From: Callorhinchus milii
Taxonomy: Eukaryota
DNA length: 64,000 bases
Assembly (NCBI RefSeq): GCF_018977255.1
Contig: NW_024704742.1
Location: forward strand, 5,892,001-5,956,000
Direction of reading: 5' to 3'
Position numbers and translations under genes: made by a program. Of this stretch, positions 35,099 through 48,700 are shown one piece after another. The notes beneath the pieces are model-generated. The model saw nothing but the letters and a program-made list of their open reading frames with translations, was not told where the DNA came from and searched no databases. Positions within the stretch are counted from its first letter, which is position 1. Each line of letters starts with the position of its first letter.

Positions 35099-35670
35099 AC
35101 GGATCTGCTTGTTTAAGGCATTTTACTCAACATTGTAAATGGAACTTTGTGCACGTTCTTCTAGACTTCAAACCAAAAGCTGGAATTTATTTTCCTATGC
35201 CCTTTTTCTCTTTCCTTCCCCCCACATCGCCCCCTCCTAAGTTCTCTGGATGAGCGTTGTGAAGCAGAACACATTAAAGGGCTTATGGCTGACATTCAGC
35301 GGCATCTAATATAAATCTGACCTCTATCTGATGCATGTTTGAGATCAACCAGCACTGCTTCTTCCAACATGTTCAACGAGAAGAATAACAATAATATTTG
35401 TACAGGGTCTTTCACGTTGGGAGGACGTCCCAACGCCCTGTACAGTCAAGGATATCGACCTGAGCTGGGGTTTGGGATCGGGAGGAAGGGATGGATGGCA
35501 GGGAGGGTAGAGGTTGGAGGTAAATATCCAGTTGATCACAGGACCCGCTCCTTACTGAACTGATATTTGTAGTTAATTTATGAAGGTGGAAATGGTTTCC
35601 ATTCAAGAAAAGTAATGAATACTTAATAATGTTGGTTAAATGGTGGTTAAAACCTACAAGGCAATTACAA

Positions 35671-35671
<1 letters not shown>

Positions 35672-35741
<70 letters not shown>
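35672..35741 (+). repeat. poly-G homopolymer (70 nt)
   Basis: Direct reading. Confidence 0.95.
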
Positions 35742-35743
<2 letters not shown>

Positions 35744-36249
35744 CACTATTGGGAAACAGCTCCCAATTTGAAGCAGTGAATTTGCCCAAAGACTTCAACT
35801 ACAATGAGACAAACCTCTTAAGCTTTAGCAAGGTGAGTGATCAGCAAAACGTTAAGAGGAAACCGTGGCACATAACCTCTATAAAAATGAATAAGTTGAC
35901 TTTGAATCTGACATGATGCAGGCTGCAGCAATCCCCAATGATCCCAAGTCCGGAATTGTTACAGGTTCATAGAAACAAGTGGCGGAGGGTGAGGAGTGAC
36001 CATAGGCCACAGCTAGAGAACTCCTGCCAAAAACTACCAGTTACCATCTTCCAATAAAACATCAGCACCATTCCCCAATAAACAGCAAAATAACAACAAA
36101 TCAGATAAAGTTTTGCAGTGTTAAAAGAATTGATAAACATTAAGATAGTAATTTCTACCCACCCCTCTTTTTTAAAAAAAACTGCCCACGTATCTGAGGA
36201 CTGATAATCATTCCCAGGATGGCAGCAGGTACAAGGCACAAGTGGTTCT

Positions 36250-36613
36250 AACAATAATAAAACTTGAATTTGATATAGCACCTTATCACGTCCTCGAGAG
36301 GTCTCAAAGCGCTTCGCAGAATATACTGTAAGGTGAATTGACTATATTTTGTGGGCAAAACATGGCAGCCAATTGCACACAGCAGCGTCCCGCAAATATT
36401 CCTGAATTGAAGTGGCCAATTTTTTTAAAAAAGGAATTATTACCCCCAGAAAAGCGATCCGCCAATTGATTAACAACCGGGTTTCCTGCTTACTGCTAGG
36501 TAAACAGGCGTGTGGAGTGAGGAAACTTTCACCAACGTTTCGCCCTGCTGGGAATCGAATCCAGGTCTCTCGCTTGCGAGGCGAGTGCTCGAACCACTGA
36601 GCTACAAGACTCC
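36250..36613 (-). mobile_element. tRNA-derived SINE, full length
   Basis: Family consensus. Confidence 0.88.
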
Positions 36614-36787
36614 AGTTCTAAGATTTATCTTTTGTGGACAACTTTAACGGTTGAATTCATTCACAACTATTAAAATAAGAAACAAACCCAGATAATGCGT
36701 TGTTAATAGAAAAAAACTGTTTTGGAGAAAAACACTGAACACCAACTAGTCTGGAACAAAAGACACACGTAATTCAGCATACAAAAC

Positions 36788-39700
36788 TTTAATCCAGCAA
36801 AACGTTTTAGCTAAATACTCTTATGATTTTCAAACATTACATGAAGAGATTAGTATTTTGTACTTCAATTAACAAAAAGGCAAATATTGTGAATATACAT
36901 TTTTTAAAACAGTTCTCGTACTAAACCATGACAATGTTACCCAATTTCTCACTTCCAAAGGCAATTATGAAAAGCCATTTTTTTGATTCTTAAAACCAAA
37001 TTCAAGCGGGTAAATATTAAAATAGAAACAAGTACAGTAGTGGATTTTTACTTTGGCATTTTAGAAAAACAGGATAAGTATATTGCACAGATATATACTG
37101 TGAATAAGAATTCAGAACAACAAGCATTTGAAAACCAGCACCAGTTATAGCATTTTAGATAATTTGACATACTTTTTAAACTAAACACTTACAAGTAGAC
37201 AAGGCCTCTTGGTGTGTTGTACAAAGTTTTTTTTATTATTACACCTATAACGTTCACTTTGGCAGATATCCATTTTACAGCAGTTTGTAGCAACTGCAGC
37301 AACTTTCCTGTGGGGTTCCAGTTTGCTGTCACAAGACGTCTTATCAATAACAATAGGATCATATATTCTTCATTACTAACCATTTTACTCTGCATGCTAA
37401 ATGCAAACCAGCTGTATTAACAGACAGGGCTATTTTTGTGACTGATAATTCCATCTATTCCTGAAATTCTTTAAGCTATCGTAAGTTCCTGAAATGTTTC
37501 TTCAGCATTTTGTTGAATAATTTGTTTGTGTTGCACACAACGCTGCAGCTGTCAAATTCGCCAAGACTAAAGACTAAGGCAAAAGTAAACAACAATAGAG
37601 CTGGATATACTAAAATGATGGATTACTCCATTTCTCTCAATTTTGCACATTTATTATTCATTACAATGATATTACAGACCTGGCAAACAAAATAAAATTG
37701 AAACAACAGCACAAGAAGATGCATGCTATTTCCCCATTAATCTGTTGACAGACACTGCACTGATATGTATTTGGTAGTGCCTGACACAAGGTGTTTATAG
37801 AATAACAGTATCAGTTACTATAATTACTCTTATAGCTGTGCTCTTCTTCCTGATGCAGTTGCACAATTCATTAAAGTTCAGATTAGTCACTGAATCCAAC
37901 ACATTCTTTCTTGTAAATAAAACCAATCTTCTAACCACCAGAACAAATAGCAATGCAGTAACTATACCGATCTACACCACTTGCATTCTCTCACAATAAG
38001 CAAATTCATTAAGTGCCTGAACAGCACACTCTACAACAAATAAAATCTTATACTAAGAGCAAATATTTCATATTAAGCTTTAGAGGTTCACGGAGTACTA
38101 TACTTGACTTATGCGATTGTGATTTAGGATGTCACCTAAAGCTCTGGGTGGAAGAAGTGCTGTGTAGAGTAAATTTATACTAAGTTCAATCGTAAAGGAG
38201 AATGGCGGACTAAGCAACAACAACTTGCATTTATATAGCGGCCTTCATGTGGGGCAGAGTCTCGGAACGCTTATATTGGAGAGCTCTATGTGGTAGCTAA
38301 ACTTACAGAAATTTACTTTTTTTAAAAAAAAAAATCCAGTTAAAAAATGTAAATGTTTGCATGCTATGATAATTTTAATAATTTGTTTTTTAAAAAAAAA
38401 CATTCAAAACAACTATTTAGCCTGCAGGTCTTGAATCTTTTGATAAAGATAAAGTTCTGCAAATTTGCTGTGGTGATATATAGAGAATGTTCAGCCGAAC
38501 AAGGGCTATGTTTAAAATATAAACTGAAATATGAAGTATGATGGAAAGATACTTTTGGTTAATCAACAATATTTTACATAGAATATGGGAAGTTAGTTTT
38601 TAAACACACGGCCACATAGCATGATTTAAAACAGGTTTAGAAGTTTAGCGGTATTTTGTGTTACCAATTTCATTCAATGCTGTTTTCATATGTTGTCATG
38701 ACTTTGATTTTGTTGCCAGTTTATGGTGCTGGTAAGTGTGACAACACCATAAATGAAAAGTTACAGCACAATTGCTGGGTTATTTTAGACTGGTTCTCAT
38801 CACTAGACAGCAGGTCAAAAACAAATTGAACAAAAAATTCAATGCTAACTGGTGACAGCAACAATTCCATCCTTGTTTCACGAAAAGGTGTATTGCTGTC
38901 GTCGCACCAAACAGAAGTTTGCAATAAAATGCAAAGTCATGTATAAACTGAGAAACCTAACTTATTTCCCACAGAGGTTTTAAGCCTCATTTTTAGAAAA
39001 TGGTGAAACGCTGAAATATAGAACGCATGCCACTTCCTAAAATAAAATCAAAATTTTGTTTTTAAAATTCACTCGATAATTGTGCGGTATCTAATCTATG
39101 AAAATGCAGTACTGCTGGTGTAGCCATTTAAAAAATTTAGTAGCGAAAGCTTATATAAATGCTGCGTATTCATTCATACTTAAGAACTGAAAAAAAAAAG
39201 CACAAGCCTGCTTCACGAAGCAATGATTTCCGGATCGTTTACGGTGTTTAACTAAAGTGTATTGTCAAGAGATTTTAACTGTAATGCAACAGTGTAATAT
39301 AATTTACTGCAGAAATATTCAGACTAATAAAAGGGCACCAGAATCTATAGTTGAGAAAATTAGTTAAAAATCCACATCCACGTAAACATGAGTTTTAATT
39401 TCATCATAAATGTACATTGAGTTTCCCAACATGATTGTCAAAGCATACTGAACACGAGTCAAAAAGGCAAAACAAAGTCAAAGGGAAAAATAAAACTAAA
39501 AATCACAGTAATTTACGTTCTTTGGCCATACCAACTCCCTAGCTAAAGCTTTAAGATGTGAGCAAATCTTTCAAAGCCTTGCATTCAAATCATTTGTTAG
39601 CAAGTATCCAGGATGCATTTTAGTAGCATCCACTACTGTAGAATCTTACATGAAAATCTTAACATGAAAAAATGGCCAAAACGCCGATTAGAGACAAATT

Positions 39701-40996
39701 AAGGATACAAATTGTGTCCAAACAGTTCGATACACAAGTCTATATGACTGCTGGGAAATCCTGGATCACTAGAGGATATACACATTAGTGCACAGTAGTA
39801 CTCGCCTGACGTACGAGCACCTACTCTAGATCACCCTTAAACTAAAGTGGATAAAGACAAGGATCGTTGCACCTCGGCTTATTTGGAGGTGTAAAAACTG
39901 TCACGGTTTAGAACAGATGGTATAACATTTATTTTTTCTGTACATAGAGAAACTCCTGAATTAGTTACATTTTGCTGCACAGTGGTTCAGTTAAGTGTCA
40001 AATCCTAATCTGCTGGTGAACACAATAATATAAAATACAGAAAAAAAAACAAATCTACAGCTACAGTAATTACTAAATTGCATAGTTGATCACCTATAAA
40101 TCGTGCAATCTTATAAGCTCTTTAAGCACCATCATACTGAACAGTTTCTTCTTGAAACAGAAGTGTGGCTACCAGGAAATATTTGCTATATATTCTCCTA
40201 AATAGGTATCATGGGATTGTAACAGTAGTTACTGGAGGTGTGATGAATAGGTATTTTGCAAAGTGCTCACTTCTGTGATTCGAAGCAAAAGCAGGATATA
40301 TCAACCTTTACAAAAGTCGTCTAAAAATCTTGAAGCAGTTTTGCAGAAAATGCTGTCCGTATAAGATTAAAAAATAAAATCGCTAATTTTCAATGAAGTA
40401 CTGTCTAAAACATAAATAGATGAAAGTGGGCTAAAATCTCATGCACTGCGCATCAAGATAACACACAACTTGAGCACAAGAGGATCAAATGCCCGTTAAA
40501 GAAAGCTCATCAACTCAAAATGGATTTTCTGCCTCTCAGTTTTGCTGAAGCAAAACATTCCAAATCATGCGTTTGATTTCTTTCATAGGATGACTGGTTA
40601 GCTTAGGGTTTTAGGGGTGAAAAAGTTTAATTAGCGTAGGTCAGCTTAAACCCTGGATCATTTACAAAGAAAAAAAAAAGTCTGTGTTCCAGTGTAACAA
40701 AATATTTACAGTTAAGATGAAACAGAAATGGAACTGCTGTAGTAGACAAATATTCTCTTCAATAATAGTGCAATGAAAATTCAAAACCAGTGGTTGGTTA
40801 AACCGCTACCAAGCCTCACGTGTGATAAACAACCTCGCGATAGAAATAAGAAACTGAAGTCAGTGAAGAATACAAGCAGTTAGCAACAAATAGCTCTGAG
40901 AAACAAAGGCAGAATCAATGGAAGCTCCATGTCACATCACATTTGTGTGATTGGTGTCACTTGTAACAGATACCATTACATTTGATGAGATTTTAC
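36788..40996 (-). other. REST: probable REST 3' UTR (~4.2 kb) ending near an ATTAAA poly(A) signal at 36788-36793
   Basis: AT-rich and almost free of SINEs in an otherwise SINE-dense window; ATTAAA followed by GT-rich downstream sequence. Confidence 0.55.
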
Positions 40997-42756
40997 TCAC
41001 TCCTGGCTTTTTGCTGCTTCCTCAAGATAGTATACGTTCACTAAATGGCGATTAAGGTGCTTGGTATAGTCTCCTTTCTCACTGAATACCCGATCACAGA
41101 ATATACAGACAAAACTCTCTGGAGCATTAATCACACCTTCATCAAGTGTTCTTTTCCTGATCTTGTCACCTGCAGTGGATTTTGCTCCATTCAAACCAGA
41201 GTCATCACTTCCTTCTGAAACATCATCACTAATATCACTACCATCATGGCTGTGAATGCCTTCATCTTCATCTATTTCCATTGTGTCTTCCTTGCCTTGG
41301 TCCTTGTCATTCTTGGCTTGGTCCTTTTCCTGTTTTTTGTTATCTTCATCCTTGCCTTTATCATCCTGGAAGTTATTTGGACTTTTTGATCGAGAGGGCT
41401 CCGAAATCAGTTCAGTATCACTCACCTGAGAAGATCTTGCTTGTTCAACAACAGATGCGACGCCAATTTCGCCATCCACCTCCACTGCATCTGAATATTT
41501 TAGGTCTTCACAGATCGCCAGTGAAATCGGACACTCTGCTTTCTCTAAGCTACCATCCGGTACCTCAGTTTGTTGTTCTATGCATGTTTTAGCAGTTTTT
41601 CCTACACAAGGCAACTTCTCAAGTTTGTTTGCAACCTTGTGAGTTGTTTGTTCCTCAGATTCAGAACTCATTACCTGGTCGGAAGATCTCTGGGTCTCGC
41701 CCATTCCGATTGGCACTATTGGCACCGCAAAGGATGTTTCTGGAGACCTCAACACCAGAGGATTTTCATTTTGTTCAACAGCTTCAACCTGACTTTCACC
41801 GATCACAGCATTTGTGAAGGCTTCTGAAGTCAGGTTTTGACTTCTGCCCACATCCTCAGAAGGCACACGACGTGAAGATTTTCTGGAACACTCCTCCTTT
41901 CTCTGCAAATCCACAGTTGGTTGTTCCTCTGCGTGGTTACATTTCGTATCCTCATTCGAACTACAACCAGCAGAAAGTACAATCGTGTCCTTAATTTTTT
42001 TGTTTTTCTTGTCTTTCTTCTTCTTTTGTTTGGTTTTAAGGTACTTATTGTTTGAGGGTTTCAACTCAATTTTCCCCCGCTGTTTTTCTGGGTCAGCTAA
42101 TTCTTTCGCTTTCTGAATTTTCTTCCTTTTTATTTTTGTACGAGTCTCATTTGCTGGTTCCAGCAGTGAGCTCGACGCCATCACTGTTGAGCATCTCCTT
42201 CTTTTGCCACTTTTGAATTTTACTAATTTTTCCACGTCATTTTCCCTTTTTCTTTTTAAAACTTTGCCATTTAAAACATAATTTCGGGTTTTCATCCTCC
42301 AACTCTTCAAGCTTTTCTCTTTTGAAGCGGGCGTATTTTTTTCAACCTTGGTAGTAATTTTGTCAGCTAGAGTTTCACTTACTTTCAGTGGCTGCTTTTC
42401 TGACATTTTCTTGCTCACTTTGGCACAAGGGATGTCATTTTCAAGTCGTTTGGTGCGTAGTTTAACCTTGGACACATCCATGGTAATATCACTGCTATGA
42501 GGGTGCTTGGACTTTATATGATACTGCAAGTTGCATTTTTTGGAAGCTGCGTATTTACAGACAGGACACAAAAATTGACGTGGATTGACGTGGAGCTCAA
42601 CATGCTTTTTGAAGTTGCTTCGGTCAGCTGTTCTGTATTCACAGTGAGGGCAAGTTAACGGTTTGGGTCCATTGTGAACTTGTCTGGCATGCCGAGTCAC
42701 TTCATGCTGGTTTGACGCAACATAGTTGCATTGATCACATTTAAATGGTTTCTCAC
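40997..42756 (-). CDS. REST: REST last coding exon (ZF6-8, Lys-rich region, degron, ZF9)
   Basis: aatag acceptor, reading [20 protein letters not shown] into ORF 40997..42700. Confidence 0.96.
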
Positions 42757-45700
42757 CTATTAAAAATATATGAATAGAAAATGCTTAATTACTGTACAAT
42801 ATGCCACATAAAATGTCCATTGATCTACCAGACAGTTACACAAATGGCCTAGTGCTCCTAATTCACTCTCTAAAAAAATAAATTCAAGTGTATTACTGCA
42901 TTTTCCTTGCTTTAGTTTACTATACATTGCAGCTTAAGTATGTACCATAAGAACCTTCATTGTAGTCGATATGCTGGTGTGGAATCTGGTTACACCACAT
43001 GAGGCTCTGAAGTTGGAAATTGTTTTTTTTTAAAAAGTTGTGTACATGCATGCATGCAAGGTCCAGGACTGTAATTTAAATGGAGAACTTACCAACAGCA
43101 TGAAAAACAGATCCCACCCAGCAGAAAAGTGGAGGACACAGGAGACAGACAACAACAACTTGCATTTATACAGTGCCCTTCACATGGGGCAGTGTCTCGG
43201 AGCGCTTGTCAGACAGACACACACACACACACAGATACAGTTAGAGAAGCAGAGAGAGACAAACACATACGCACAAATATAGAAACAAACAGAGACCCAT
43301 GAAATACCTCACAGGTGTGTGATTTTACTTTTACTACAGGTTTTCTGTTCTAGAAATTGACCCCATTTTTATGCCCATACTAAGATATTACAGAATTTCA
43401 AGATAAAATGGGAGAATAATGTGAAACTACATAAGAGAATAAAACTTACAAGACTCCGCTGGTAACAGGAATAAAAAGCTGTCTACACATGTTGTCCAAC
43501 TCACACTGAAACACACATACTATTTCACTGGCAATACACATAATATATATCGATTGATCATCATTACATCACGATGCACGGAGGGAAGAAAATTAAATAT
43601 CAGTCAGTGTCTCTCACAGCAATACAATGGGGTCACTGAAGTTAAAGTTTATAAAAATATTACACTTTTTTTAAATGTATGTCTGCACAATTAAAATTTG
43701 TCTGCCAGACCCCTGTTAAAAATACATCGAAAAGGATTTATTTTAAATGAAAAGAACGATAGATGGAGCTCAATTTTTTCACGTGCTATTTGCTGTCCAG
43801 TTACTACTGGTCCTTAATTTTTAAGTGGTTGCAAAATATTTTAGCATGTTACTGCTCTAAAGTATCTCTTAAGTTTAGATTCAGTGGTGGGGGGGGTGGG
43901 GGGGAGGGGGAAGACCAACACATGTATTTTTTTTAAATCACCACTGCCTCCAGGCACCAAAGTGGTCACTTTTCACAGTAAGTGTCAGCACCTGGTATAC
44001 GACCATGAAGGAACATCTTACTCCAGCCTGACATCCCACACAGACCTCCTAAAGGAAGTCACTCAATGACAATCAAGTAAACCTTGGATGATTTTGCCCA
44101 CTTCCAAACCCAGGGAGTTGTGAGTTATTCCAGCTCCCCTGAAGGTATCCCGATTCAATCATCTAATGCAGCTCAAAGGCATGAATGAATGTGGGATTTT
44201 GCAGGATTGGTTAGTTCACTTACACATTGGGCATTCTGGACTGAGACATATTATCGGAGCTGCTCCTATAATTCTTCCACTCCCTTCCCCCTCCTCGCCT
44301 CAGGGTATTCATATGTCAGTTGGACCCACCAGATTCAAACCAACCAGGTCGCTTGGAATATTTGAATCACTTATTAATTGTGTGCATGTGCCTTTTTCTT
44401 TACAAAAAAAGTTTTTGTACTCTTTAGCATTACTATCTCATATTCAAACTGCCATCCATACTTAAAATATAACAAATTTTACATTAGTGTAATACACTTG
44501 CTGTTAAATTGATCTTTGTATGTTGGATATTCTGATATCTGGTTGCATATGAAAATCTGACAGTTTAAAAAACATACCATGCCAGATAATCATTATTATA
44601 AACTAAATACTGATACCTACCGATACTGACCAGAAAACACTTGCCATAACAGTATGGAATCATAAGACATCTGGTCCAATGAAGGCATTGTAGAAAAATG
44701 GAAATCAATATTTTATGAATAGTAGCCTTAAGCACTCGAGTCAGACAAACATCAAATACACATAATACAAAAAAGGTCTACCTTTTCTCTTCATTATGAC
44801 ATTGCTACAAATTTAACCATAATGGGCACGAGGCCAATAATCTTACACAGAAACATTAACTCAAATATTTATGTAAAGGTCACCCAAATCAGAGATATTA
44901 GTGCAAATCAGACAATTATTAACTAAGAGAAAGTAACTCATGAAGGTTTCAGCTGGATGAACCTTGGTGCTTTGATACAGCTTCACACCATAACGGATGA
45001 CATACTCACCAGTCCGGTACCAATCAGAACATATTTTGCTCTGAGCTGTAGGACATAGACAGGCTGGTGAAGTGGGCAGACACATGGCAGATGGAATTTA
45101 ATGTAGAGAAGTGGGAACTGACGCATTTTGGGAGGAGGAATGAGGAGAGGCAATATAAATGGTACAATTTTAAAGGGTGTGCAGGAACAGAGAGATCTGG
45201 GGGTTCACATACACAAATCTTTGAAGGTGGCAGGACAAGTTGACAAAGCTGTTAAAAAAAAGCATATGGGATCCTTGGCTTTATAAATAGAGGCATGGTG
45301 TATAAGAGCAAGGAGGTTATGTTTAACCTTTACAGATCGCTGGTTCGGCCTCAGCTGGAATATTGCGTCAAATTCTGGGCACTGCACTTCAAGAAGGATG
45401 TCAGGACCTTGGAGAGGGTGCAGAGGAGATTTGCAAGAATGATACCAGAGATGAGGGACTACAATTACGTGGAGAGACTTGAGAGACTGGCATTATTCCT
45501 CTTAGAGTAGAGAAGGTTGAGGGGAGATATAATAGGGGTTTCCAAAATTATGAGGGGTTTTGATAGAATAGATAGAAGAAACTGTTCCCTCTGGCAGGTG
45601 GGTGGGTAAACAGAGGACACAGATTTAAGATAATTGGCAAAAGAACCAGAGGGGAGACAAGGAAACTTTGTTTTTTAACCCATAGTTGTTATGGTCTGGA

Positions 45701-48700
45701 ATGCACTGCCTGAAAGGCTGGTGAAAGCAGATTTGATAATAACTTTCAAAAGGGTACTGGATGGGCACTTACAAAAGAAAAAGGGTTATGGAGTAAGAAC
45801 GGGGGAGTGGTACTAGTTGATAGCTCTTTCAAAGATGATTAAATAAAGGCCCAGTGCTGGTTCACTACTGTGGAGGGAACGAGGGACAAACAGGAGGCTA
45901 GAGCCAGCCAAGAGCAGGCAGTGGGTGGTGGGGGGGGTCGGAGAGGAAAGTGAAGGTAAGTTGAGGTGGATAATGAAAAAAGTATGAGGTGTTGGGTGGT
46001 GAGCTCAGTGAGGGGGAAGGTGTATTCAAACGTAAGACAGTTTCAATGACACAGAGAATGTCGATGTTTTAATCTAGGATGAGGTTGTGGATGGTGAGAC
46101 AGCTTTTATTAGAAAGAGTGGACATGTTGGAGAGCGATGTGGAAGAGACTTAAGAGTGTCCTGGAGAGTTGATAGCAGGGTGGGGATGTGAATGAGCAAA
46201 GAGATGTTCACTTCTGAGGGATGGGACCAGTGGGTCTGGCTGAAAAGCTATACCTTCAACTGTAGGCTCATTGTAAATTATCAACTTTAAATTATGATCT
46301 GAAATGCCAACAATGCAGCCAAGTGAAAGACAGAAAATATCAATATTAATTCAATATAATTCAATCACAATCACGGTGAGGCAGAGGGAGGATCGTCCAT
46401 GCCACCGCATCCCCATCCATCTGTGCTTCACAAATCACTCTGAGGCTAAAAGGGGAATTTTGAAAATACGTCTGTAAAAAAGGCTTTAAAATGCTCTATT
46501 CGGGCAAATAATAATTTTCTACTAATAAGAAGAATTCTTGCATTGGGAATAGTGCCTTTCGCGTGGGGAAAGAACGTCCCAAATTGAGTGACTGTGCATT
46601 TGTGGGTGAAAGCGACAGACAATTTTGTGCACCACATTTTCCATAAACAGGTATAAAATAAATGAACAATTTTATTTGGGGGATTGTTGGCCAGGAGACC
46701 AGGAGACACCCCATTCTCTTTTTGAATAGTGCCATGGGATCTTTAATGTCCAGCTGAACAGGAAAACGGGACATCGGTTTAACGTCTCATCCAAAGAACA
46801 GATGTGTTTATAACATTGCCCTACGCTATTTATGGCAGGAAGGATTTCATTCGTCCCTGCACAAAGCAGGGACACTGCTGTGCGTAATTGGCAGCTGCGC
46901 TTTGCCCACAAATATACAGTCAATTCACTTTACAGAATATTCTGTGAAGCGCTTTGAAACGTCTCGAAAATGTAATAAGGCGCTATATCAAATGCAAGGA
47001 TTATTATTATTTTCCATTCTAGGTCTACTTTCAAGTGTTGCATTACATGAGTCAAAATCACTGAAAAAGTAACTTTTCTCATGGAAATTTAACACAACTA
47101 GCAACATTATTGAAGCATATTATTGTATCGGAAAATAAGCATTGTGAGGTTCTACTGTAAAGCAACTTCTATAACATTAACATGACTCTTTCACCTCCCT
47201 TAATACTGATAATACCAACCTGAATGTGTGCGCATATGCCTTGTCAGATGAGTTTTCTGTGAACTTGAGTAAGGGCACTGAGGGCATTGGTAAGGCCGTT
47301 CACCTGTGAAGTACAATTACAATATTGAAAAGTATTACATTTAAGAAGGTGGAAAGTTCAATTATTCTACATCAAACTGAATATTTTGAAGCACATTTTG
47401 GCAGTTGTACCACTATAAGTTTGGACTAATAGTGGCACCATGAGTTCTTCAAGCAATCCTTCAAGTGGAGTCCTGTAGCTTAGTGGTTAGAGCACAAGTC
47501 TCGCAAGCGAGAGGACCTGGGTTCGATTCCCACCCAGGGTGAAACGTTGGCCAAATTTCCTTACTCCATATGCCTCTGTTCACCTAGCAGTAAGTAGGAA
47601 CCTGGTTGTTAGTTGATTGGTGGATTGCTTTTCCGGGGTTAATAATCCTTTCAGAAAAATAAAAATAATGATAATAATTTGGTCACTCAACTCATGACTG
47701 CGGGACACTGCTGTACACAATTGGCTGCTGCATTTCGCCCACAAAATATACAGTTAATTCACTGTTCAGTATATTCTATGAAGCGCTTTGAGACGTCTCG
47801 AAGACATGATGTGCTATACCAAATGCAAAGATTATTATTATTATAGTTCTGCTCATTCTCTTCCGTTAGCTGTGCTAAATTCTTATCAAATAGCGGTTAT
47901 TGAATTGCATTTGAAAAAGTACCTATCACATCAAAACGTCACAAAGTACTTCACAGTTTTCTGTAAAGTCCAGTGAGATATGTGTAGGCAAACACAGCAG
48001 CCAATTTTCACATAGAATTGCACCAGTCACCAGGAGGCGAATGACGAATTTAACTGGAGGACATCAGCAGAAACGCCCCTCTCTTTTTGAACAGTATCAG
48101 GTATTCTTTAACGTCCACACAAGCAGGCACATGGAACTAACAACTCATCCGATAGACGACACCTCTGGCAATGCAATAGTCGTCAGGAACGGGATTGGAG
48201 TTTGGATCAATGATCTGGAGACAGGAGTACAACCAACTGAGCCAGCCTGACACCTAGATTTGGATCCACAAGCGGCCAGAGTGGGGTGGGGGGGGCACAG
48301 GGCTGGCGGGTTGGTCTGGGAGGGAGAGTCGTGGCTCGCAAGACAAGGGAGGTGGGGGCGGTAGCCCGTAAGATAGCCAGGGCACGGATCCCCTGGGGCG
48401 GGGGCACAGATGTGAGTTTTAAGGACCGTGAGATTTAAACAAGATACCGAGGTTCCGCAGAGGCTGTGCGAGGTGAAGTGACGCCCATGCAGCTTGATGC
48501 TGTCAGCGCCCGAGGTGAGAAAGTCCTGACCGGAGCCAAGCGGGAGAGCCTTTGTCTCGTCAATATTCAACAGGAGAAAGTTATCCAGAAGATTAAAATA
48601 TTGCGTCAAGTGAGATATTGGAGGAGAAGAATTGGTAGGCAAGGTTATCAAAGGATTTGGTGAAAAGGAGCAGGGAAATCCTTGCATTTGACATAGCATT

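Noticed and set aside
35412..35916. Poly-Pro and poly-Gly ORFs
   Set aside because: Artefacts of the G homopolymer
40352..40361. RE1/NRSE autoregulatory site (ACGGACAGC on the minus strand; similar half site near 58535)
   Set aside because: Only the right half-site is present, without the TTCAGCACC left half
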